Assembly (NCBI GenBank): GCA_011192075.1
Contig: DUER01000144.1
Coordinates: forward strand, 1-55,836
Direction: 5' to 3'
Length of the DNA: 55,836 nt
Source: Dehalococcoidia bacterium
GTDB taxonomy: Bacteria; Chloroflexota; Dehalococcoidia; Dehalococcoidales; S120
The position numbers and the translations under genes were made by a program. The notes under the pieces were generated by a model. It had not been told where the DNA came from, did no database searches, and worked only from the letters and a program-made list of their open reading frames with translations. This document shows, one piece after another, positions 48,824 through 55,836 of the stretch (positions are counted from its first letter, which is position 1; each line of letters starts with the position of its first letter).

Positions 48824-49324
48824 CTAGCGCTTCTCGGCTTGAACCAAGCGAAGGAGAGAGTAAGCGAATAAGATAGCACCAATAGTTACTGCCGAATCAG
48901 CAATGTTAAATGTTGGCCAGATGCCAATGCTGATGAAGTCAGTGACACCGTCAAGGTTAGGGTTCAAGCGGTCAATCAAGTTGCCCACGGTGCCGCCCAG
49001 AATTAAGCCCAGAGCTACCCTGTTTGGCATATTATCTAAGAAGGGGAAGCGACGATAGGCAAAAAGAGCATAGAACAGTAAAACGGCAATACCTACAAAG
49101 GCGGCTATAGTTAAGGCGAATGAATGTCCTTGAAATAAGCCAAAGGCGGCTCCGGTATTATGCACATGGGTTATCCGAAAGAAACCTATCTCAAAAATAT
49201 ATTGCCCTTCAGGATAAGACCTTATCCACAGCTTAGTGATCTGGTCGGCAGCTACTATTAGTATCGCAGTAAGGAAAAGGACCACGTTCCACTGCTTAGC
49301 CTGGAGATGACTTGCCTTTTGCAT
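48824..49324 (-). CDS. lspA: Lipoprotein signal peptidase (signal peptidase II)
   Basis: 166 aa with four hydrophobic spans, plus NTGAAFG and FNIADS motifs. Confidence 0.85.
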   Translation of the reverse strand: MQKASHLQAKQWNVVLFLTAILIVAADQITKLWIRSYPEGQYIFEIGFFRITHVHNTGAAFGLFQGHSFALTIAAFVGIAVLLFYALFAYRRFPFLDNMPNRVALGLILGGTVGNLIDRLNPNLDGVTDFISIGIWPTFNIADSAVTIGAILFAYSLLRLVQAEKR

Positions 49325-49691
49325 TCTTTGCCTTACAACTTAAGCACAGGTTTGCATGGGGAAGGGCTTCTAATCGGTCTGGGTCTATAGGTTGACCGCA
49401 GTCATCACACAAGCCGTAGGTCCCTTGTTCAAACTTGTCTAAAGTATGCTCCACATCAGCTAGCTGGTCTCTTATCCGTTTCTCCAAGGCTAGGCGCTTC
49501 TCTAACTCAAAGCTCTCCGTAGCCTCCTCCTCTCGTTTGCCGAAGGGACTACCCTCCCGTCGCTCACTGGCAGGACGGGCACTCATCTTTAATTGCTCCA
49601 ATTCCTCAGTTAACCGCTTCCGCTCCATCTCCACTCGAGACCGAAGTAGATTGAAGTTAGTAGTCACTTCTTCCTCCTGCTCACCTGTCAA
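49296..49691 (-). CDS. DksA/TraR-family C4 zinc-finger protein
   Basis: Coiled-coil N-terminus followed by CDDCGQPIDPDRLEALPHANLCLSCK. Confidence 0.75.
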   Translation of the reverse strand: MTGEQEEEVTTNFNLLRSRVEMERKRLTEELEQLKMSARPASERREGSPFGKREEEATESFELEKRLALEKRIRDQLADVEHTLDKFEQGTYGLCDDCGQPIDPDRLEALPHANLCLSCKAKNAKGKSSPG

Positions 49692-49781
49692 GTCTGAGAT
49701 AGGCTATTTCTGATTTTACTAACCTAGAACTGACAAGCTATTAAGTTAAATGTTACTTGAGGTAATGATAGGCAGAACAGA

Positions 49782-50252
49782 TTAGTCCAGTATGACCCGT
49801 AATTGGCGGATAGTGCTCACTGCCTGTTCCCGCCAGTGATTGTTGGTGAAGATAAAGGTCTTTCCAGCTATACTATCCAGCTTTTGAATCTTAGGCAACC
49901 ACTGTCTAAGTTCTTGCGGTGTATAGTTATAATCATACCTTTCATAAGCCTGCTCGTGTTGCCACCACTTAGCACTATTGCACCCTTGAAAGCGGATATA
50001 GCCTATCCTACTTGTTACCATAGATAGTGACGGTAATAAGAACCCCTCATCTGTTTTCTCTAAAATGGCTTTTATGCTGGACAGTTTAGGCAATGCGTAG
50101 AAAGTTGAGTCTAACTCATAGGTATTAAATTCATGGGCATAATAGACAAGCCATTCCTGCTTCGGCATACCTACCGGGTAGAAGTTTCCCACCCAATCAT
50201 CATAACTAAACCCTGAAGTGCAAAAATATATCATATCTTTAGTGTATCCCAT
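49782..50252 (-). pseudogene. DUF72-family protein with internal deletion
   Basis: The N-terminal block (CTSGFSYDDWVGNFYP..YAHEFNTYELDSTFY) and C-terminal block (YIRFQGCN..YDYNYTPQELRQW..IFTNNH) are present. The ORF is only 156 aa, against about 250-280 for the family (from memory). Confidence 0.55.
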
Positions 50253-50265
50253 TTACTTTATTTGG

Positions 50266-50337
50266 TCAATACCACGAATTGACTCATAATTAATGTTACC
50301 AAAAGTGGTATCGTTGCCTCAAAAATAGTGTTACCCA
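50266..50337. repeat. Left copy of 72-bp inverted repeat
   Basis: TCAATACCACGAATTGACTCATAATTAATGTTACCAAAAGTGGTATCGTTGCCTCAAAAATAGTGTTACCCA. The reverse complement of 51841-51912 differs at 2 positions. Confidence 0.9.
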
Positions 50338-50349
50338 AAAGGAGGCGAC

Positions 50350-50424
50350 ATGACACGAGCTAGCATACGAGAATACACTGAAGCAGTGCTAGGGCGATAT
50401 TTTGGCGGATCGAAGAAAGTATGA
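50350..50424 (+). pseudogene. 24-codon ORF resembling a DDE/rve-type transposase N-terminus (tentative)
   Basis: AAAGGAGG SD, then MTRASIREYTEAVLGRYFGGSKKV*, starting 12 nt inside the left inverted repeat. The resemblance is from memory of N-termini of the form ...SIREYxEAVRxRYLRAxKKEKGxILDEF. Confidence 0.3.
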
Positions 50425-50439
50425 ATCAAAAAGGAAGCT

Positions 50440-50657
50440 TCATTTCTCGGTTTTTCCATTGCTTCCATATCTATAACCCGGATAGGATTGGCTACATTAC
50501 TCGGGTCGAGAGCTTCTTTGATCTTGGCCAGTATCAGATGGAAACTGGCAAAAGCTGGCCCAAACCTGTTAGCCGAGCCACCGGGATGAACTCTGCCTTC
50601 ATTTACACTTGGTAAAAAGCTACCATCTTTGCACACTGGAAGACATACTGGCGGCAA
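50440..50657 (-). pseudogene. Possible C-terminal fragment of an FAD-linked oxidase-type gene
   Basis: ..FHLILAKIKEALDPSNVANPIRVI resembles the conserved C-terminal ..iKxalDPxxilNPGK tail of that family. There is no matching N-terminal part. Confidence 0.3.
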
Positions 50658-50737
50658 AGGGTGAACTAAAATCTACCGGGGGGTATTGATTGGAGACAGA
50701 AAATACCTATGCTCTAAATGGACTGAAATTCTCTTGA

Positions 50738-50770
50738 GAAAAAGGGCCTCCCCTACTTGACAAGGGGAGG
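50738..50770 (-). terminator. Orphan intrinsic terminator-like hairpin
   Basis: CCTCCCCT (50747-50754) pairs with AGGGGAGG (50763-50770). On the minus strand it is followed by CCC TTTTT. No minus-strand gene lies upstream of it. Confidence 0.4.
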
Positions 50771-50961
50771 GGTAGTGTTATAGATTTTCCAGGTGGGCTA
50801 AAAAATAACCAACTGTTAAACGCAATCAGCTAGACGTAGAATCTTGATAAAGACAACTCAGCTACTTAAGGTGTACAATACTGACTCGAGCATCATGTAG
50901 AGTTCTGTCCACAAAGGTTAACACGGGGCATAACTGCCATTCACAATAAAGGGGAGGAACT

Positions 50962-51828
50962 ATGAAGGAGTTCAAAGATAAAGTTGCAGTCATCACAGGT
51001 GCAGCCAGTGGCATTGGTCATGGCTTGGCCAAACGATGCGCTCAAGAGGGTATGAAGGTTGTTCTAGCCGATATTGATGAGGAAGCCCTAATCGTAGCTG
51101 AACAAGAAATGAAAGCGGCGGGAGCATCTGTCTTAGCTGTGGTAACGGACGTCTCAAAAGCTAGTGATGTCGAAGCACTTGCTCAGAAAACACTCGATAC
51201 TTTCAAGGCAGTACACCTGCTGTGCAACAATGCCGGCGTCGCTGCCGGTACTTCCGTCTGGGAAAGCACACTGGCCGATTGGCAATGGGTCATTGGTGTA
51301 AATCTATGGGGTGTTATTCACGGTGTTCAGGTCTTTGTCCCCATTATGCTTAAGCAAGGCACTGAGTGCCACATTGTCAATACGGCTTCTATGGCTGGGT
51401 TGATATCAATTCCATTTGGGGGGATTTACAGGGTGACCAAGTGCGGTATCATAACACTCTCCGAGACCCTATACCATGAACTGGCACAGAGAGAAGCTAA
51501 TGTTAAGGTCTCTGTCCTCTGTCCGGGAAATGTAATTAACACTCGATTCCTGGACTGCGAACGAAATCGTCCATCTGAATTACAGAATGCTCCAGCCGAG
51601 GAGAAAAGTCTCGAGTATGGGGCTCCAACGGAACCGATAAACCCGGAGCTAATGGATATAATGTCTCCCCGGGAGGTAGCCGACTTTGTCTTCAGTGCTT
51701 TGGGGGAGGAGAGGTTCTATATCTTCCCGAACCCTGGCCCTTTCAGACGTATGGTGCAAATTCGGATGGAAGATATCGCCCAAGAGCGTAACCCAACTGC
51801 ATTCAATGCCGAAGCCTGGGGAATGTGA
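50962..51828 (+). CDS. Short-chain dehydrogenase/reductase
   Basis: 288 aa with TGAASGIGHG (TGxxxGxG), NNAG and YRVTKCG (YxxxK). A strong SD (AAAGGGGAGG) is present. Confidence 0.85.
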   Translation: MKEFKDKVAVITGAASGIGHGLAKRCAQEGMKVVLADIDEEALIVAEQEMKAAGASVLAVVTDVSKASDVEALAQKTLDTFKAVHLLCNNAGVAAGTSVWESTLADWQWVIGVNLWGVIHGVQVFVPIMLKQGTECHIVNTASMAGLISIPFGGIYRVTKCGIITLSETLYHELAQREANVKVSVLCPGNVINTRFLDCERNRPSELQNAPAEEKSLEYGAPTEPINPELMDIMSPREVADFVFSALGEERFYIFPNPGPFRRMVQIRMEDIAQERNPTAFNAEAWGM

Positions 51829-51840
51829 TGGTTCTATTGG

Positions 51841-51912
51841 TGGGTAACACTATTTTTGAGGCAACGATACCGCTTTCGGTAACATTAATTATGAGTCAAT
51901 TCGTGGTATTGA
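51841..51912. repeat. Right copy of 72-bp inverted repeat
   Basis: It starts 13 nt after the SDR stop and is the reverse complement of 50266-50337 apart from 2 mismatches. Confidence 0.9.
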
Positions 51913-52153
51913 GAATGTCTAGATAAAGGACTAAACTCAAGCCCCAACATATGAACTAACCCTAAAAACAACAATATTTTGGTTGGTCACCGTAGGTGGA
52001 AAGGGTGAAAGAAGGACACTAGAGCTGCCACATAATACGGTGGTCCGACCCTTTTTGGTTGAAACAAACAAGGTCAAGGAGATAGAGGTTTCGTGCCATA
52101 TCGACTGCAGTAAACGGAAGGAAACTGTCAAAAGACTCAGAAAGGAGGAAATT

Positions 52154-53731
52154 ATGGCAAAGTGGAGTTCTCAAATAAGAGGAGAGGAAACTTGGCGAGA
52201 TGTAATGGAGTGGCGTGCTCGCATATATCCAGATAAGCTTGCCGTATGCAGTCCAGGTACAAGCAAACAGTCGACATTTAAGGAACTTAACCAGCGGGTG
52301 AACAGCCTAACCAATGCTCTAATTGGCCTCGGTGTGAAAAAGGGAGACAGGGTAGCTGTCTTGGCTACCGATATTCCCGAGTACATAGAGATTGCTAGTA
52401 CATGCAAAGCGGGGAACGTTTATGTACCACTTAATTGGAGGCTCAAAGGGCAGGAGCTAACTTACATTATCAATGATTCTGGAGCTAATACCGTGTTCGT
52501 GGAGGAGCAGTTCTGTGATACCATTCGTTCCATTCATCTCCAACTGCCTCAAGTTAAGCACTTTATCTGTATCGATGGTAGCCCTGAGGACATGCTCAGC
52601 TATAACGAATTAATCGGTAGTTACCCCTCCGATGATCCCGGTGTCGAAGTAGTGGAAAATGACATTCTAACGTTACTATATACTAGCGGTACGACAGGAC
52701 TACCAAAAGGGGTGATACGAAAGCATAGGGATACACTAAGCCACCTTAGAATGATGAATGAGGACGGGCGAATTAGAAATGATGACAGGTGCTTGTGTAT
52801 GATGCCTTTATTTCACGCAGCAATGATCCACGTCAATTTTGCATTTATTATGTGGGGTGCTACCCACTGGCTGATAAAAAAATTTGACCCTGAGGCAATT
52901 TTCGAACTTGTCCAGAGGGAGAAAATGACCTGGTTAGCTGGGGTACCCACAATGTTTATTAGTCTCACTGAACACCCTAGTCGAACTAATTATGACCTTA
53001 GTAGCTTGCGTTATATAGCTTATATAGGATCTCCCATGCCGGTGGAGGCACTAAGGAGAGCAGTGGATGTCTTCGGCCCTATTTTTTCTCAGGGATATGG
53101 GCTGAGTGAAAATACAGGGGAAACCTTACTTACTGCGGAAGACCACCTGATAGCATTAAAGGAACCAGGAAAGGAAAGGATTCTATTTTCGGTAGGGAAA
53201 CCGCTTCTTGGCTGCCAAATGCGACTGGTTGATGACAACGATAACGATGTTCCATTAGGTGGGATGGGTGAGATAATATTTCACAGCGACCATATAATAG
53301 AGGGATATTGGAACAAGCCCGAAGAGACTGAACAAGCCCTGAAAAATGGTTGGCTGCATACCGGTGATATAGGCAAATTGGACGAGGATGGCTATCTCTA
53401 TATCGTTGACCGAAAAAAGGACCTAATCATTAGCGGTGGGGAAAACATTTCCTCTAAGGAGGTTGAGGATGTAATCTATGCTCATCCTGCAGTGTTAGAG
53501 TGCGCCGTAATTGGTGTCCCCAGTGAGAGGTGGGGAGAGGAGGTGAAGGCTATAGTGGCTCTAAGAAAGGGGATGACAGCTACTTCAGAGGAGATTATAG
53601 ATTACTGTGTAGAACATTTGGGTGGGTTTAAGAAGCCCAAGTCAGTAGAAATCCGGGATGAGTTGCCTAAGAATCCTGTGGGTAAGATAATGAAGAAGGA
53701 GCTCAGAGAAAAGTACTGGGCTGCTCCGTAA
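52154..53731 (+). CDS. AMP-dependent acyl-CoA synthetase/ligase
   Basis: AMP-binding motif LLYTSGTTGLPKGV, with YGLSE, TGDIG and IVDRKKDLI motifs. The start is trimmed to ATG 52154, behind AAAGGAGG. Confidence 0.85.
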   Translation: MAKWSSQIRGEETWRDVMEWRARIYPDKLAVCSPGTSKQSTFKELNQRVNSLTNALIGLGVKKGDRVAVLATDIPEYIEIASTCKAGNVYVPLNWRLKGQELTYIINDSGANTVFVEEQFCDTIRSIHLQLPQVKHFICIDGSPEDMLSYNELIGSYPSDDPGVEVVENDILTLLYTSGTTGLPKGVIRKHRDTLSHLRMMNEDGRIRNDDRCLCMMPLFHAAMIHVNFAFIMWGATHWLIKKFDPEAIFELVQREKMTWLAGVPTMFISLTEHPSRTNYDLSSLRYIAYIGSPMPVEALRRAVDVFGPIFSQGYGLSENTGETLLTAEDHLIALKEPGKERILFSVGKPLLGCQMRLVDDNDNDVPLGGMGEIIFHSDHIIEGYWNKPEETEQALKNGWLHTGDIGKLDEDGYLYIVDRKKDLIISGGENISSKEVEDVIYAHPAVLECAVIGVPSERWGEEVKAIVALRKGMTATSEEIIDYCVEHLGGFKKPKSVEIRDELPKNPVGKIMKKELREKYWAAP

Positions 53732-53841
53732 ACCCAGTGCTGGCGAGAGAAGAGGATTGCGACATCGTGCCTACGTACAAACTTAAGAAGGTAGCATAAT
53801 AAGGCAGGCTTGGTTGTACATATGGTTTTTCCCCAGTCGGG

Positions 53842-53898
53842 GCTCCTCGCTGTTAACAATTGGGGGTAGTGACAAGTAGCAAACTGCCAGCGAGGAGC
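53842..53898 (+). promoter_or_regulatory. 11-bp-stem hairpin in the leader of the intact FAD gene
   Basis: GCTCCTCGCTG (53842-53852) pairs with CAGCGAGGAGC (53888-53898), with a 35-nt loop. Confidence 0.35.
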
Positions 53899-53945
53899 AG
53901 GGTGAATGGTTCCGAGCTAGATCCACAGAAATGAGGAGGTGATTT

Positions 53946-55283
53946 ATGGCTAAAAGATATGATGTAATCGTAGTTGGTGCTGGTCCAGCCGGGTTTGTAG
54001 CAGCCAAGGCGGCTGGAGAAAATGGGCTTGAAGTTGCCCTCCTAGAAAGGAAACCTGACGTTACGCAACTCACCAGAGCTTGTGCTCAAACCCTAGTCTC
54101 CATGAACGAGTATATATTTGACGAACTATGCATATACAACGCCAGGGATAAACGAATCAGCTTTCCCGTAAATGGGTTTTCCTTCAAATATGATGGCCCC
54201 TACAAAAATATGTATGCCTGCCATTTCTACACTCCCAACGGCCACATAATAGAACTTGGTGACCTAAAAAAACAAAGAGAGAAAGGGAACCACGGGATTG
54301 TGGGCGTTGCCTTCGATAAGGAAATACTATTCCGCTGTCTGCTAGAAGAGGTAAAAGCCTGTAGCGTTGATGTCTTTCCCGGAATAAACGTGAGTAAAGT
54401 AACCAGAACCACTGACGGGGTAAAAGTCGAGGGAAGTGGAAGGGAGTTTGAAGGAACCTATCTCATCGCCGCCGACGGGGTAAACTCACGTATAGCCCAG
54501 GTGACGGGGTTTAATAAAGACCGCACCTATTACTGTAACTTCTATGGCTTAGTCTATTACATGTCTGGCGTAGAGCCCCCAGAACCCGATGTGATTATAT
54601 TTACCCATGTTTTTGTGAAGGGAGGCGCGGCCATGATCTTTATAATGCCTCGGCCAACGGATGGAGATTACATCGTTACCGGAGCAACCGTTGACTCTGG
54701 AGTAGACCTCGAAGCGGCTTGCGATTACTTTATGAAAAAGGAATTCTGTGCTTCATGGTTTAAGAAAGCTAAGAAATTGAGGGCATTCTCTGCGACATGC
54801 AATTGTTATTCTCCCGTCATTAGTCCCTATAAAGACCGGATTCTCCTCGCCGGAGACGTGGGCTCAACACAGGAATTGGAAAATACAGGAGCCATGATAA
54901 GCGGTTGGAAGGCAGGACAGGCTGCCACCACTGCCGTGCAGGAGGAAAACCTGGGATTAGAAGTTACGGGCATCTCTCAGTATCTTGATTGGTGGACAAA
55001 AGCCTACGTCAACTCCTACAATCATGAGACCTACATGAAAACCTGGGCACTTACCCATATCTTGACCACAGAAGAGGAGATAAGCTACGCCTTCGGCCTT
55101 ATTAAGGAAACCCTACGTCCCTGCTGGAACCCCTATAGGTCGCCACTAGCCCAAGGCTTAAAAAAGGCGATGCCCACTATCCAGCATGAGAGGCCTGAAG
55201 TGCTGCAGAAACTGGGAACAATGAGCTTACCACTTAATAAAATTTTTACTGAGGTGACCAAGCTCAGTAAACCGATATCATAG
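53946..55283 (+). CDS. FAD-dependent oxidoreductase (geranylgeranyl-reductase-like family)
   Basis: 445 aa with YDVIVVGAGPAGFVAAKAA and AADGVNSRIA. This is the intact paralog of the 22387-23726 pseudogene. Confidence 0.8.
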   Translation: MAKRYDVIVVGAGPAGFVAAKAAGENGLEVALLERKPDVTQLTRACAQTLVSMNEYIFDELCIYNARDKRISFPVNGFSFKYDGPYKNMYACHFYTPNGHIIELGDLKKQREKGNHGIVGVAFDKEILFRCLLEEVKACSVDVFPGINVSKVTRTTDGVKVEGSGREFEGTYLIAADGVNSRIAQVTGFNKDRTYYCNFYGLVYYMSGVEPPEPDVIIFTHVFVKGGAAMIFIMPRPTDGDYIVTGATVDSGVDLEAACDYFMKKEFCASWFKKAKKLRAFSATCNCYSPVISPYKDRILLAGDVGSTQELENTGAMISGWKAGQAATTAVQEENLGLEVTGISQYLDWWTKAYVNSYNHETYMKTWALTHILTTEEEISYAFGLIKETLRPCWNPYRSPLAQGLKKAMPTIQHERPEVLQKLGTMSLPLNKIFTEVTKLSKPIS

Positions 55284-55751
55284 CCTATGTTTGCCCAGAA
55301 GGTAACAAGCCAAAACCACAGGTGAAAGAGAAGGTAAAGGGTGAGAATAAAGGTATAATATAGAGATATGTTATCTAGTATATTCCCGGTTGATGTCTTA
55401 CACGACACGTTTAATATTAACCGGGTTCAACCGGGCCTGTGCTCAGATATGCTAAATGAATAAAACCCCAGTAATAAATCTGGGAGAAGTCTTGACAAAA
55501 GCCGACGAGTGTAGTAAAACATAACCTAAAGAATCGAGAGGATAGGGTAAGCAGTAAATCACATTTTAATAGGACGGCTATTGGAGAAGGGGTAAACTAC
55601 CGGGCGGAAGCCATCCTTTAGTTTTGAAGCGTGTTTTAAGGGCAGGCTTTCCTATTAAAAATAAATACTGAGAACAAAGAACAAAGGAGGGCATATATGT
55701 GAAGTTCGGCAATTGGTCAGGTAGCAGACTCAAATAAAAAGGAGGGAACAA

Positions 55752-55836
55752 TTGAAAAGACATCTTATAAAACTGGTAACTGGGCTCATCTTGATAGTGA
55801 TAGTAGGGGCCTTAGTCTTCACCGGCTGCGCTGAAG
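55752..55836 (+). CDS. Putative lipoprotein, 5' partial at window edge
   Basis: AAGGAGGG SD, then TTG start: LKRHLIKLVTGLILIVIVGALVFTGCAE. This is a signal peptide with a lipobox-like FTGC. Confidence 0.5.
   Translation, partial: MKRHLIKLVTGLILIVIVGALVFTGCAE

Larger units (their letters stand above)
50266..51912. mobile_element. IR-bounded 1647-bp cassette (transposase-less IS derivative, composite element or invertible segment)
   Basis: Defined by the two 72-bp inverted repeats. It contains gene fragments plus one intact SDR gene. I saw no obvious target-site duplication. Confidence 0.45.

Noticed and set aside
53783-54073. Similar antisense ORFs over the starts of both FAD paralogs (22239-22514 and 53783-54073, MSC..SGFLSRRATSS..PAGPAPTTI)
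   Set aside because: Their similarity simply mirrors the conserved GxGxxG-coding region of the sense genes. They are not independent evidence for a gene.
1-55836. Stop-codon reassignment as an explanation for the in-frame TAG/TAA/TGA codons
   Set aside because: All three stop codons terminate well-conserved genes at the expected length (TAA secF, ftsZ, polA; TAG trmD; TGA nrdR, mutM, hicB). Several interrupted genes also carry frameshifts.
1-55836. CRISPR arrays, tRNA or rRNA genes
   Set aside because: I saw no regularly spaced direct repeats and no cloverleaf-like segments with T-loop GTTCGAATC-type motifs in the intergenic regions. This is a visual scan only and should be confirmed with tRNAscan, Infernal and CRISPR finders.

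Overview
By eye this window is about mid-40s %GC. It reads like chromosomal backbone from a Dehalococcoidia-like (Chloroflexota) anaerobe; that taxonomic guess is inferred from gene content only. Housekeeping genes dominate: secDF, cca, priA, rplS-trmD, a stripped-down division cluster (mraZ-rsmH-ftsA-ftsZ with no murein genes between them), nrdR-nrdJ, ade, rpsU-yqeY, a two-gene SufCB Fe-S system, plsC-ispH, RNase P RNA, polA-mutM, gltX and rluD-lspA. I found no rRNA, tRNA or CRISPR array. The backbone is interleaved with accessory or decaying material. (1) The best candidate for an undescribed system is a NurA nuclease, a 194-204 aa protein that looks like a stand-alone HerA HAS-barrel, and a HerA-type ATPase. 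This module is split by a low-GC insertion that carries hicB plus a dead hicA, and NurA sits 13 nt behind sufCB. (2) A 1.65-kb cassette is bounded by near-identical 72-bp inverted repeats. It holds an SDR gene, a 24-codon ORF I tentatively read as a transposase N-terminus, and other gene fragments. (3) Two paralogous FAD-oxidoreductase genes lie 31 kb apart, one intact and one decayed. (4) Three genes (mraZ, a radical SAM gene, the HAS-barrel gene) each have a degenerate copy of their own 5' end a few hundred bp upstream, in two cases bracketing an accessory gene (NYN-domain gene, hicBA). (5) Genes broken by frameshifts or in-frame stops are unusually dense. All functional calls rest on motifs read from the translations. 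No database search was possible.
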